From Octopus vulgaris (Eukaryota), in NCBI GenBank assembly GCA_951406725.2, contig OX597826.1:55862001-55926000 (forward strand): 64,000 nt of DNA, in the 5' to 3' direction. Position numbers and translations under genes: made by a program. Each line of letters starts with the position of its first letter. The stretch's first letter is position 1. Shown one piece after another: positions 42,510 to 56,844 of this stretch. The notes beneath the pieces are model-generated. The model had not been told where the DNA came from. It saw only the letters and a list, made by a program, of their open reading frames with translations, and ran no database searches.

Positions 42510-42720
42510 TATTCTTTTCTACTCTAGGCACAAGGCCCGAAATTTTGGGGGAGGGGGCCAGTCGATTAGATCGACCCGAGTAAGCAAACAGGTTCTTAAT
42601 TTATTGACCACGAAGGGATAAAAGACCTCGGCGAAATTCGAACTCAGAACGTAAAGACAGACGAAATAGCGTTAAGCATTTCGCCCGGCGTGCTAACATT
42701 TCTGCCAACTCGACGCCTTA
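42510..42720 (-). mobile_element. SINE family D with diverged TSD
   Basis: Flanked by aagaaacggcaactatt and aagaaatgacagctatt. Confidence 0.8.
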
Positions 42721-42999
42721 AAAGAAATGACAGCTATTGTGTATAAACAATACTCTACATCCATCATAGTCTATCCCAGTCCTACTCTGGGTCTTGTAGC
42801 TTAGCTAGGAGGTGGTAAGGAAGCGATCTACCCCCGCGTGTTGCTTTTATGTAGGGCAACACTCTTGGGTCAACGGCATAAGCTTTATATGGTCTGTTTG
42901 CCAGGAGGTGGAGGAGGGGTAAGGTCAAATGTGGCCCAAGAAAGAAAGAAAGATAGATATATAGACAGATAGATAGATAGACAGACAGATAGATAGATT

Positions 43000-43068
<69 letters not shown>

Positions 43069-43449
43069 GCCGTCATGCACACGTGCACGTATATAAAAGA
43101 GCGAGCGAAGGGAGTGGAGAGAGAGAAAGAAAGAGAGAGAGAGAGAGAGACATAGACAACTGTAGTACTATGGTCAAAAACGCCTGACTTACCACCGTTG
43201 TGGCTATCATTAGAATCTATGGATATACACTCAAACTGAACAATGAAAGGTTTGAAAATAATGGGTTGGAAGAAAAGTCTGTGACGTCTTTTTCAATCGG
43301 CAGTGTTTCAACACGTGACTGTGTTTTTCAAGTGACAGAGCTATATAGAATATATAGTTTTCATAAAAGATGACATTGCAACATGTTTCAATATGATTGC
43401 TGTGTGAATAGTTTATTCCTACTGTTTTTACGTTAAACGTAAAAATTGA

Positions 43450-44077
43450 GAAAAATGAGAAACAAGTTCGTGATTTGATGCTCTTTTATTCCTGGAAAGG
43501 AGAAAAAAATGGTATATAAACAGCAAAAATGTTATGTGCAGTCCATGCGGCTGGTGCCGTAGCTGCAACGATCATTCATAAGTGATTCACAAGCGGAGAA
43601 ATTTCTGATCTGGATTCCGTGAACGTCCCAACAGGCCTTCAGTCGTTGATGATGACTAAATCGAAACATTAATAAAAAATAATCAGGTCACAGGAAACGA
43701 GGTATCATGAAGATACTCCACAAGGCTCATACGAGTGTCACAAGACATTTAAAAAACACTTGGATACGTGAATCCCTATGATGTTTGTGTACCTCATAAT
43801 TTATCGGGAAAACTTTTGATGGACTGCATTTCCATCAACTATTTTCTGCTCAAAGGCAACAAAAACGATCCACTTTTGAAACTTCGGATTACCATTTATT
43901 CCGACCCACACAAAATTGTCTTTATTGCAAGAACTTCAATTCTTTGGAAGACTGTAAAAACCACCTAGACCACTTCATAACACAGAATGATGCCAAGTTC
44001 TGGAAGGATGGGTTCATGAAGATATTTCAATGATGGCAAAAGGTAGCGGAACAAAATGGGAGACATGTAGTTGAATA
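43450..44077 (+). pseudogene. Internally deleted mariner transposase relic
   Basis: N-terminal ..LGYVNPYDVCVPHNLSGKLLMDCISI..LLKGNKNDPLLK (WVPHEL-like) joined to C-terminal FNSLEDCKNHLDHFITQNDAKFWKDGFMKI..WQKVAEQNG. Confidence 0.8.
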
Positions 44078-44084
44078 AAGGTAT

Positions 44085-44490
44085 ATTCTCTTTTACTCTT
44101 GTACTTGTTTGTCATGTGACTGTGGTCATGCTGGAGCACCGTCTTTAGTCGAGCAAATCGACCGCAGGACTTATTCTTTGTAAGCCTAGTACTTATTCTA
44201 TCAGTCTCTTTTGCCGAACCGCTAAGTTACGGGGACGTAAACACACCAGCATCGGTTGGGGGTGGGAACACACAAAAACACACAAACATGTACACACACA
44301 TACATATATACATATATACGTATATACGACGGGCTTCTTTCAGTTTCCGTCTATCAAATCCACTCACAAGGCTTTGGTCGGTCCGAGGCTACAGTAGAAG
44401 ACACTTGGCCAAGGTGCCACGCAGTGGGACTGAACCCGGAACCACGCGGCTGGTAAGCAAGCTACTTACCACACAGCCACTCCTACGCCT
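44085..44490 (-). mobile_element. SINE family C
   Basis: Full-length reverse-complement match to 24273-24675. Confidence 0.9.
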
Positions 44491-45164
44491 ATGTACAAGT
44501 AACTAAATATTGATTTTGAATTTTACTTATAAAATGGTATGTATTTTTGTTCCAACCCAAGACATCCAAAGTACCATACTGGAATGCATATTATCCATTG
44601 ATGCATATCGTAGTACCCGGTATGTCGTTGAATATAATAATGATAAAATAACGAAGGAAATAGAATTGTGGAATACACAATTCTGTTTGTGTATTCCACC
44701 GTATCGTTGGGTCGACTACCTGCCATTTCACAGCATTACTCGGCTAATCTTTTCCTTCCCGTACCCTGTTTAACCGGAAAGAAAGAGCAGCACGTATGTC
44801 ACTTTGTTTTGTCAGAGTCAATCGAGAGTAATGGAAAGGCGGGACGATGCTATCTTCAAACCAAAGAAGGCTTGCTTCGAATGTTCACAACGGAGTGGAT
44901 AATATTTTTATAAACATGCCCAGCAACTTGGAGATTTTAAACAAGGTGATGCATTGAGCATACTCAGAACATAACACTTGTGATGAACACTACTAGCTAT
45001 TTTGTACTAAGCTGTAAAGATTCTGCCAGCGTATCGCCTGGCCTAGCTTGATCTTAGTCTACACATCAACAGCAATAAACATAGCAGCAGAATCTAAGTT
45101 TATGACAGATTTATAAGACTAATTACATATCAAACATCTCCGTCTTGTATTCTCCCCAACAGAA

Positions 45165-45195
<31 letters not shown>

Positions 45196-45344
45196 AAGAG
45201 GGAGAGAGAGAGAGAGAAAGAGGGAGAGAGAGAGAGAGAGAAAGAGGGAGAGAGAGAGAGAGTGACACACACACATGTTATCTTCTTCCTGCCTCACTCT
45301 CTCCGTTTAGGTGAATCTGTATATTTATGCATATATATATATGT

Positions 45345-45560
45345 ATAGTTAAAGTTAATCCAAACAAGAAAACAAAAAAACAACAACGCAAGGAAGTGGA
45401 ACAAATAAAGTATTATTGGACGCTCAGGAAAGAAGAGAAGAAGGAGGGTTTGACGTTTCGAGCGGAGCTCTTCGTCGGAAACATAGGAGAAGGAAAGATC
45501 CTGAGAAGGGAAGACAGAGGAAAAAAATCGCTAGTGATACAGACGAGGTCACATACTAAA
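45345..45560 (-). mobile_element. Penelope-like terminal fragment containing a minimal hammerhead motif (45448-45482)
   Basis: Reverse complement gttt-ccgacga-a-gagc-tcc-gctc-gaaa-cg-tc-aaac. Abuts (TA)n. Confidence 0.6.
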
Positions 45561-45662
45561 AGGCGGAAGTGGTGAAAGTAGATGAAAATGTTTTTAAAAA
45601 ACAGGAGAGCTATATCAAAGACGGAATGGTAAAGAAGGTGTGCGATGATGACAAGTGTGTGT

Positions 45663-45759
<97 letters not shown>

Positions 45760-45804
45760 GCGAACAACAGGCTAGTAGTAGAATTAGAGAGTTATATTCT
45801 GTTT

Positions 45805-46170
45805 TTGTTTCAGTCATTTGACTGCGGCCATGCTGGAGAAACCACATTTAGTCGAACAAATTGACACTAGGACTTATTATTTTTGATAAGCCTAGTACTT
45901 ATTCTATCTGTCTCTTTCGCCGAACCGCTAGATTACGAGGACGTAAACACATGCATATGTATATGTTTGTGTGTCTGTGTTTGTACACCCACCATTCCTT
46001 GACAACCGATGCTGGCGTGTTTACGACCATCTTTCAGTTTCCGTCTGCAAAATCTACTCACAAAGCTTTGGTAGTTTCCAAGCTATAGTAGAAGACACGG
46101 TGTCACGCAGTTGGACTGAACCCAGAACATTGTGGTTGGTAAGCAAGCTACTTACCACATAGCCACTCCT
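45805..46170 (-). mobile_element. SINE family C (rearranged)
   Basis: Family C tail and head on minus, with a short plus-strand internal segment (~45965-46025). Confidence 0.7.
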
Positions 46171-46752
46171 TTATTGCCCACAAGGGGCTAAATATAGAGG
46201 GAACAAACAAGGACACACAAACGGATTAAGTCGATTACGTCGACCCCAGCGCGTAACTGGTACTTAATTTATCGACCCCGAAAGGATGAAAGGCAAAGTC
46301 GACCTCGGCGGAATTTAAACTCGGAACGTAACGGTAAACGAAATACGTATATCTTTACTACCCACAAGGGCTAAACACAGAGAGGACAAACAAGGACATA
46401 CAAACGGATTAAGTCGATTACGTCGACCCCAGCGCGTAACTGGTACTTAATTTATCGACCCCGAAAGGATGAAAGGCAAAGTCGACCTCGGCGGAATTTA
46501 AACTCGGAACGTAACGGTAAACGAAATACGTATATCTTTACTACCCACAAGGGGTTAAACACAGAGTGGAGAAACAAGGACAGACAAACGGATTAAGTCG
46601 ATTACATCGACCCCGGTGCGTAACTGGTACTTATTTAATCGACCCTGAAAGGATGAAAGGCAAAGTCGACCTCGGCGGAATTTAAACTGGGAAAGTAACG
46701 CAGACGAAATACCGCTAAGCATTTCTCCCGTCGTGCTAACGTTTCTGCCAAT
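46170..46752 (-). mobile_element. Head-to-tail trimer of family D SINEs
   Basis: Units ~46170-46348, 46349-46531 and 46532-46752. The junction gaaatacgtatatctttactacccacaaggg occurs twice. Confidence 0.9.
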
Positions 46753-46902
46753 GTATATATATATATATATATGGATGTATGTATAAATGTATGTATACAT
46801 ATACATACATGTATATATGTAACATATATACACATACACATATAGGCATGCATATGGGTATGCACCTGTGCGGATGTGAGTGTCTATATTAACATATATT
46901 TT

Positions 46903-46955
<53 letters not shown>

Positions 46956-47875
46956 ATATATACGTGTGTGTATATATACGTGTGTGTATACACATATAAA
47001 CACTCACACATACATAATACATGCATATGTATATATATATGTCTATGTGTGTGTATATATGTATAGATGTAAGTATACATCAACACACATGTATATAATA
47101 TATATATATACGCATACACATATAGGCATACATACACGCACATACTTACATACATACATTAATACCAATACTTACAAGCATACATACACACACTAGCGTC
47201 TTCTGCATCACAATTACTGGCCATATATCACACCACAGCACACACTACATAACACACAACATACCACAAAACCACACCACAAAAACCACACCACACCACA
47301 CCACACCACTCCACAGCCACATCCACACTACAAACCGACGCTACTATTTCTATTACACTACCACTTCCGCCTCTATCAAACTTTCATTCACAACTTCCGC
47401 CCATACCAGCACATTCAATCAGTAACACCATCCATCACCAGACAACACTAACCCCAGCTCTCAAAACGACCCGCCAGCCCAACCCCACCCCTGCGTATCG
47501 CTACCGCCATACTATACCGCAACAGCAACAAGACCTACGTCAACAACAACAATAACAACAACACCTCCAACAACAACAACAACAGCAACAATAACAACAA
47601 CAACAACATTATCTCCTGCCCAATATACATGTGATAATGATTATTTTTTAAATACCAGTTCGAGATCGTTATATAAACATGTGAAATAACATTAGTTCGT
47701 ATTCAATACAATTGCGAAACGTTACTAGTCTTGATTATGAGGCTTTGTCGGTGCCTTAATTTTCACTGTTCCATCATCTTTTTCTTTCTCCCTCTCTCTA
47801 TAGAACTCTCGCTCTCTCTTTCCCTCTTTCTCTTTTCCTCTCTCTCTCACACTTTTTCTTTCACTTTCTCTCTCC

Positions 47876-47969
<94 letters not shown>

Positions 47970-48062
47970 TGTATCTATGTTTGGCGTTAGGTATGCATGC
48001 ATGTAAGTGTATATATATATACATATATATATATATATCATTATATACATACATATATATAC

Positions 48063-48099
<37 letters not shown>

Positions 48100-48148
48100 A
48101 CATAGATGTACATATATGCATATGTATGTATATGTATATATATGCATG

Positions 48149-48201
<53 letters not shown>

Positions 48202-48621
48202 AAGCAAGCTTGTTTCGCTTTTTGTTCGTTTGTTTATTTTTTCTTTGTTCTTTTTCGCTTTATTTTGTTTTTAATTGTTCGTCAAAAGGGGAAAGAGAGA
48301 ATTCTTTTGTCTAAAATGTAGTCAACTCTTCAATAGATTATGCTTCGAAACTTTTCATTTGTGCTCGTATGTATGTGCATATACATACACATACATGCAA
48401 ATGTACATATATGCACATATACATAAATACATATACACATACAGACATATATGTCTGCGTATATATATATATATACATAAATACATATACACATACAGAC
48501 ATATATGTGTATATATATATATGTATATGTGTGTAATTACATATACATATACATATAGATACATGTATATATATGTATATATATATATATATATATATGT
48601 ATGTTTACATGTATATGTGTG

Positions 48622-48679
<58 letters not shown>

Positions 48680-48758
48680 TTTGCTTATGCGCACACATAC
48701 GAGTTCACCCATACGCCTCTAAAAATATAAAAACGCACATATATATATGTTTATATAC

Positions 48759-48810
<52 letters not shown>

Positions 48811-48898
48811 GCATATATATACATGTATGTATATATATATATATATATATATACGTATATATATATATATTATATATATATATATGTATATTGGCAGC

Positions 48899-48950
<52 letters not shown>

Positions 48951-50250
48951 GCTGCCAATTGCTCTCCTTATTTCTGTCCGTTTAAATAATTTCTCTATAT
49001 CGTTATTATCGATCCTTTTCAGATGAGGTATTGTATTTTTGTATTGATTCCGCTTGTTTTATGCTATTGATTATATTCACTGTACGTTCGATCTTTCATT
49101 GGTTGACGATGTTGTGAGCAAAAACAAGTAGCAGCAATGGCCGCAGCATCAGCAACACCACCATTGACTGAAGCGGCGGCGGCGGTGCTGGTCGGTTTTG
49201 GTGGTGGTGGCGGTGGTGGTGGTGGTGGTGGTGGTGGTGGTGGTAGTGGTGGTGGTGTTTGGGTCGTTGGTCGTTGTTGTCGTCGTCGTCATGGAGGTAG
49301 ATGCGAAGACGGCGGTGTTGAGACAACACCGAAACGATCAGATTGTTTGAAGAAGTAAAACTAACAGGATAAACTAAATAAACAAACAAACAGAAGGAAG
49401 AAAAGAAACTACAAATAATTATTAATAAAAAATAAAAAAGACTGAGTACGAAAAAAAAAAAATATTGGAAGATAAAAGGAAAGAAAGCCGAAAGTGTACA
49501 AGTTAAGAAAACGAAGTCTATGATGGCTGCTGTTACACCAGAACAATGACCGAGCAATGACAGAAGAATGACAGAATCCGTATGATGTTTATAAAAAGTC
49601 ATAGGTTACGTCTATGTGTGCACAAAGCTCAAAACATTGATACAAGACCTTCATATTTTGTTGTTGTCTTTGTTGTTGTGTTATACTCCTGCTGTGCCGA
49701 TCAATTGTAATAGAGTTACCATGGGATCAAAGATGTTCCAGCCGTGAGCTCTCCTCTGTTTTCCTTTTTGAGTTTTTTTTTGGGGGTTTTTTTTTTAATC
49801 TACTTCGGTTGGGTTACTATATATAATATACCCATCGTCTTCACGTTCTGAGTTCAAATTCCGCCGTGGTCTACTTTGCCTTTTTTTCCATTCAAGATTG
49901 ATAAGATAAGTATCATTTGTAATAAAAAAACAAAACAATAAGTAATAAAGATAAGTATTATTTGAGCACGGGGGTCGATGTAACTGATTTACCTCCTCTG
50001 CAAAAATTGCTGGCCTTATGTCAAAATTTGAAACCATATAGTATGCCCCTTTTTATGTTTTATTTGGAAACTTTTGTGTGATTTGAGGATCACGGTATCA
50101 CGTAGATTAACTTCAATTGGTTATTATTTGGATTACGATTATGCGGCTCTTTTCAAGAAATGCGTTACCCGTACCGCTCAGTTATTCTACAAGGTTTTGC
50201 CATTCTAAGTTGTCAGGATGTAGTTGGAGGATAACCATATATACTTGATA

Positions 50251-50481
50251 AGGCGGCGAGATGGCAGAAACGTTAGCGCGCCGGGCGAAATGCTCTGCGG
50301 TATTTCGCCTGTCGTTACGTTGTGAGCTCAAATTCCGCCGAGGTCGACTTTGCCTTTCATCCTTTCGGGGTCGATAAATAAAGTACCAATTTCGCACTGG
50401 GGTCGATGTAATCGACTTAATCCCTTTGTCTGTCCTTGTTTGTCCCCTCTATGTTTAGCCCCTTGTGGGTAGTAAAGAAAT
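50251..50481 (+). mobile_element. SINE family D, full length with 10-bp TSD
   Basis: atatatactt at 50237-50246 and 50482-50491. An older copy lies at 49835-50035. Confidence 0.92.
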
Positions 50482-51322
50482 ATATATACTTCTTGTCATT
50501 CACTGATTCAGATTCAGTATGCCGGAAATCAAAGGCAGTGAAGCTGTAACCATGCCATCCGATTTTTACTCATAGTATAACCCAGATTACATCATTCGAG
50601 ATCTTTCTCTTTATTCTTTTTTCAAAAACTAAAGGGTATTTCTTGTGGGAAATTTGGCTGCTTTTTCTAGCGGATCCAACAACTACACCTCAACATGCAG
50701 TATTTTAAATATTTAAATTCCTTCTAAATAGGACCATCTCAGCCCTATTTTCGGGAAAATTTTACAAAACTATAGACAGTGGCTTGATGAATATTTGGTT
50801 GACAATTTTAAGTGAAGCTACCCCATGGTAATAGATCTACCGAAAAAATAAAAAGCAAGCGGGCCTCGTTGCGGTTTTGTACTCAGAGTGCTAAGATATA
50901 TCACTAAATATCACAAGATATTATCTCTGGGACCTTACCGATTCTGTCTGTCATCTATCATATATGAAAATAATTGGTTCTGATTATTTGCATGGAATTA
51001 TTAGAAATGTTCTGGGGATTCTGTTACACTGAGAAGCAGAATGTTTCGATAACATTTCCACTTTCTATATTTTCTATAGTTTTGGACATGCATTACTTCA
51101 ACCGATTATACGGCCCTTCTCAAGAAAAGCGTTACCCGTACCGCTCAATTATTTTACAAGGTTTTGCCATTCTAAGATGTCAGAATGTAGTTCGAGGAAA
51201 AATTGCCTGCTGTTTCTAACAGTCCGAATAACCACATATATTTCTTGTCATTCACTGATTCAGTATGCCTGAAATCAAAGGCAGTCAAGCTGTAACCATG
51301 CCATCCGATTTTTACTCATAGT

Positions 51323-51656
51323 GAAGGTGCATGACTCAGTGGTTAGAGCGTCGAGCTTACGATCGTGAGGTTATGAGTTCGAATCCCGGACCGGGCTGCG
51401 TGTTGTGTTCTTGAGCAAGACACTTTATTTCACGTTGCTCTAGTTCACCCAGCTGTAGAAATGAGTTACGACGTCACAGGTGCCAAGCTGTATCGGCCGT
51501 TGTCTTTCCCTTGGATAACACTGGTGGCGTGGAGAGGGGAGGCCGAAGTGCATGGGCGACTGCTGGTCTTCCATAAACAACCTTGCCTGGACTTGTGCCT
51601 GGGAGGCTAACTTTCTAGGTGCAATCCCACGGTCAGTCACGACTGAAGGGGGTCTC
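51323..51656 (+). mobile_element. SINE family A
   Basis: Homologous to 110-440 over its full length. Confidence 0.88.
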
Positions 51657-52293
51657 ATCACTTCAACCGATGAGAAATTTTCACCAAATTCTTGCCAGTC
51701 TGGTTTCAGCCAGAGGCTGGGGCCATGCTGGAGCATTGCCTTTCGGTGTTACTCTTGAGTTTACTTTTCTGTACTGCTTTTGATGAAGTAGCAAGTTCAA
51801 CGTAACTGCTCTTCCTTGTGCCTCCATCCACGATGTATGTTGATCGGCTGCTTCAAATAAGAACTTGACCACACGGTCTTTAAAGACCTCCACATCTACA
51901 ACTCGCAGATCTTTGAGGTTGTTGACTGAATGTTACACAGTTGTGAACCGTTGAAACTCAAGATATTACAGAACAGGGTCCTTATTCTAGATAGAGACGA
52001 TGGGATCTTTGGTGCAATACAGTGCCATCCAGTTTGGTGGTTGGTACAGCTTTCATTTTCAAAATTGGGAGCTAGACCTTCCAGGATCTTCTATATATAT
52101 TAGTCCATTTACATACATACACAAATACATAAATATACATATGTATCTACGTATATGTATGTGTGTATATACACAAACTCGCACGCACACATATGTGTAC
52201 ATATACTTATATGCATGCATGCATGTATGTGTGTGTGTAGGTATATATAATAGCAACAGAAGCAGAATTGATACCAAACAGTACTTTTTATAT

Positions 52294-52349
<56 letters not shown>

Positions 52350-52427
52350 GCATATATCTATACATGTATACGTAAATACATATATATATATATTTATATA
52401 TATATATATGTAAATACATATATGTAA

Positions 52428-52463
<36 letters not shown>

Positions 52464-53334
52464 TGATTGATTCTAGTTTCAGCTCACGAGCTGTGGCCAT
52501 GTTGGGGCACCGCCATTACATATATATATTACATATATATATATATACATATATATATATAAATTGCCTTTCTATATGCATATGTGTGTGCATATATATA
52601 TATATGTATGTATGTATGTATATAGAGGCATATGTGCACACACACACACGCATTTATACATACATGTGCCTGTGTACATGGGTGTGTGTGTGTGCATTTA
52701 CGTGTATATAGTTCTGAACGAAGCAGCTAAGTTTCAGCAGAAATATCTCGCGGTATTTAGGTTTGAATTATTGTCTCCCTATCCTTTCAGCGTGAAAGTA
52801 TGAAAGCCTGTGTTTCAATCGTCATGATGTATGTCATACATTCGGCCATATTACCGCGTATGCTGTCGCTCGCAGTTATTTAACAATATTATTTAAAGAC
52901 ACAGGTGACAAGAGCTTTAACAACAGCATCATCATTATCACCACCACTATCATCATATAAGCGGATAGAAATATAAACAAACAAGAAAAATGTAAACAAA
53001 TGCAACAACAATAACAAAAGTAGTCGCAAAGAAATGCAAAAGACAAGTTGTTTTATATATATATATATATTTTTTTTTTAGTTTCTGAAAAGATGAAATA
53101 TTTTACATTGTCATATTTCTGAGGATTTTGTCTTTGTATTTTTCTTCGTTTTTTTTTTATCATTCTTTGAAATGATATGAACAGAACGAAAAAAAAATTG
53201 TTTGTTGTTCTTCTTACTTTGATAGTTTTTAGTTGTTTTTCACGCTGCACTCTTTTGTTGTTTCAAGCTGGTGTTGTTGTTTTTGTTTTTTTCTCGCTGT
53301 TGTTGTTGTTGTTGTTGCTGTTCCTGTTCTTGTT

Positions 53335-53536
53335 GTTCCTCTTCTTCTTCTTCTTCTTCTTCTTCTTCTTCTTCTTCTTCTTCTTCTTCTTCTTCTTCTT
53401 CTTCTTCTTCTTCTTCTTGTTCTTCTTCTTCTTCTTCTTCTTCTTCTTCTTCTTCTTCTTCTTCTTCTTCTTCTTCTTCTTCTTCTTCTTCTTCTTCTTC
53501 TTCTTCTTCTTCTTCTTCTTCTTCTTCTTCTTCTTC
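53335..53536. repeat. Long, nearly pure (CTT)n polypyrimidine tract
   Basis: Seen directly, about 200 bp with one interruption. Confidence 0.95.
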
Positions 53537-53816
53537 CCACCCTCAAAGTAGCTAGCTAGATGGAATCTTATCTATCAGAAGTGAGGTCACGGTTTTCATG
53601 TACGACAACATCTTTGAATTTCAGTTTTATTTATTGTTACTTTTTTTCCCCACATTATTCCATTTAATATATATGTCTATGTGTATATATGTGTATATAT
53701 CTATGTATATATAAACACACACACATACACACACACATCTGTAGGTATGAATGTGTGTATATATCTATATCTATCTATCTCTCTATATATATATATTCAT
53801 ATTCATACATCTCTCT

Positions 53817-53859
<43 letters not shown>

Positions 53860-53871
53860 TACATCTCTTAC

Positions 53872-53906
<35 letters not shown>

Positions 53907-54018
53907 ATGTATGTATACATATACATATACACATATACATATATATACATATATACATACATATATATATATATATACATACGTACATATATATATACAT
54001 ATATATTTATATATATAT

Positions 54019-54087
<69 letters not shown>

Positions 54088-54592
54088 TGTATGTATATGT
54101 ATATATGTATATGTATATATATATCGGATCTTTTCATGTAATATCATTGATGATATGATTAATCTCTCGTCAACATCATTGAAATGGACATTAATTTCAT
54201 CACTGCAAGAAAATATGACTAGTTTCCCCATCAATCCATAGGTTATATAGCACAATTGTCAGTCTCCAAGAAGAAGGAGAAGAAGAAGAAAAAAAAAGAA
54301 ACAAAAGAAAAAGAAATAAAAAAAAGAAAGAAAGAAAAAAGTGAAGAAAACCCAATCATTCTTTTGTTACCGTTGATTTTGTTGTTTCTTTTATTCTTAT
54401 GTAGCTTTGTTAAGAGACGATGAAACTATGATAAAGTTATGTCAAGTTACCCATCGTCCCCGTCTACATTTCCCTACAAGAATCATCGTTATTTCCTCTG
54501 TCACTACTTCCTCCCCACCCGTCACTAAGCGACCCACAAATAAATATCTAACTCTCAATGTATTTTGCCTTGCCGTTTTCTTTGTTGTTCTT

Positions 54593-54640
<48 letters not shown>

Positions 54641-54908
54641 CGTATATACACACATATACATATACATACATATAGTTGTAGTTATAGTCGTGTGTGTATC
54701 TATCGCTCTATTTAACTATTTGTCTGTCTGTCTATCTATCTATCTATCAGTCTATCTATCTATATTATATATATATATATGTATATATACATATACATAT
54801 ACATACATAGACACATGTGATTATATGTATATATATATATAAAACATACATATACATACGTGTATAACTATCTATCTAGCTGTATAAATAGATATAAAAT
54901 ATATATTG

Positions 54909-54975
<67 letters not shown>

Positions 54976-55032
54976 CATGTATGTATGTATGTATGTATGT
55001 ATGTATGTATGTATATACTGTACATATATATA

Positions 55033-55075
<43 letters not shown>

Positions 55076-55659
55076 GTCTGTCCATCTATCTATCTAGCTA
55101 TATATGTATTATTAATGTCTTTTCTCTTCACTCTTTTTCTTTCTACTTTGCTCCACTTTAAACGAAATTCCTCCTTTGAGAAAGTATGTAATAAAAATAT
55201 AAATAAACATATACATAAATACAAAAACACGAACATAAAATAAATGCATAACAAACCGAAAACTTAATCTTACAAAAGTTTTCATGATTATTGGTTGACC
55301 CTGGTGTCAAAGGTTATGAAATGGAAGTAACACAACTCCAGTATATATGCTATTGTCTTTTTTTTAAATAATATCATCGTCATCATCGTCGACATCGGCC
55401 GAGGTGGCGGCGGCGGGAAGCATCATCACCATCATTATCATCCTCAACATCACGAATATTATTTAAGAATTACATCTGTGCCCCCGTGACTGATAAAAGA
55501 GATTATCATTATTGCGTCGTTGTTGTTGTTGACGTTGTTATAGTTGTTGTTGCTCTTGTTGTTGTTGTTGCTATTGTTTTTATCATCATCATCTTTATCA
55601 TCATCACCACCACCACCACCACCACCACCTCCATTATCATCATCATCATCATCATGAAA

Positions 55660-55872
55660 GTGGTGAGCTGGCAGAATCGTTAAGCACGCCGGGCGGGCGA
55701 AATGCTTAGCGATATTTCGCCCGTCGCTCCGTTCTGAGTTCAGAGTCCGCCGAGGTTGACTTCGCCTTTCAAACTTCGGGGTCGATAACACAAGTACCAG
55801 TTGAACACTGGGGTTGATGTAATCGACTCATCCTCACCTCCACGAAGTTGCCCTTCTAGGAAACATTTGAAA
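55660..55872 (+). mobile_element. SINE family D (diverged)
   Basis: gagctggcagaatcgttaagcacgccgggc..gagttcagagtccgccgagg..cggggtcgata. Confidence 0.8.
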
Positions 55873-56027
55873 TCTCTCTATATATATAAAGCTGAAGTTG
55901 TCTGTGTATGGCAGGTTTGGTAGCCTTCAACTAACACAATCTCCTCCGAGACCCTGCGGCACAAGTTGACCAAAATTGAGAGTATGATAGAAGAAGGCTT
56001 GCTCTTCATTCCGTAGAATCGGACCAT
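55873..56027 (+). mobile_element. Helitron 5' half (same family as 40950-41353)
   Basis: tctctctatatatataaagctgaagttgtctgtg..gaagaaggcttgctc..aatcggaccat, then homology stops. Confidence 0.85.
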
Positions 56028-56116
56028 TGTCTTCCAGGGACGTTCTTATGCTTTTGAAGCACCCGTGCCACTCGAAACATTATGTATGACACATTGTCTT
56101 CTTGCCGTAAGCTTGA
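56028..56116 (-). pseudogene. Mariner transposase N-terminal piece (HTH region)
   Basis: Minus strand reads QAYGKKTMCHT*CFEWHGCFKSIRTSLED, which continues as SGRPATSV at 57237 on the plus strand. Confidence 0.75.
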
Positions 56117-56117
56117 T

Positions 56118-56420
56118 ACTGACAAAAAATCATGCCTCCTCATTGATATGACTGTCCCAATCGACATAAATGTATCTGTCAAGACCTATCAACAACTGAG
56201 CAAGTATAAAGATCTTGAAGTAGAAATTGGCAAAATGTGGAGCCTCAAGACTAAAACGATATCTCTTGTCATTGATACTCTATGAATGTTAGCAAAAGGG
56301 GCTGATTGCTACCTAGCTCATATATCAGGATACTCCAAAATGGCAGAAATTCAAAAGATAATCCTCATGGGAACTGCCCATATCCTACGTAAAATACTAT
56401 GTAATCTCAAATTTTAAGGC
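56118..56420 (+). mobile_element. Second R4/Dong-family RLE fragment
   Basis: KKSCLLIDMTVPIDINVSVKTYQQLSKYKDLEVEIGKMWSLKTKTISLVIDTL*..EIQKIILMGTAHILRKIL. Confidence 0.8.
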
Positions 56421-56430
56421 AATCTTATAA

Positions 56431-56519
56431 GAACACAACACGCAGCCCGGTCCGGGAATCGAACTCACAACCTCACGATTGTAAACTCGACTCTCTAACA
56501 ACTGAGCCATGCGCCTTCA
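56431..56519 (-). mobile_element. SINE family A head fragment
   Basis: Reverse complement gaaggcgcatggctcagttgttagag..gagttcgattcccggaccgggctgcgtgttgtgttctt. Confidence 0.8.
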
Positions 56520-56541
56520 TAATAATAATAATAATAATAAC

Positions 56542-56599
<58 letters not shown>

Positions 56600-56601
<2 letters not shown>

Positions 56602-56797
56602 CACATATAACATACATATAACATTACAAACACATATAACATACAGAAAATTGCACTACTAGGCACTGCACACATCCTACGCAGAACACTTTCCATACAA
56701 TAACCATCAGAGCATCACAACAAATCACAGCACATACCCAAGGCACACAGAGCTGCGCTCGGTAGTGAAGTGAAAGCACGCTATAAAAATAAAACTA

Positions 56798-56800
<3 letters not shown>
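56600..56800 (+). mobile_element. Short 5'-truncated Dong copy (same family as 11211-11590) in (TAA)n
   Basis: NIQKIALLGTAHILRRTLSIQ* plus a 3' UTR nearly identical to the reverse complement of 11211-11380, with the same 3' end (..aaaactactg-aataa). Confidence 0.88.
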
Positions 56801-56844
<44 letters not shown>

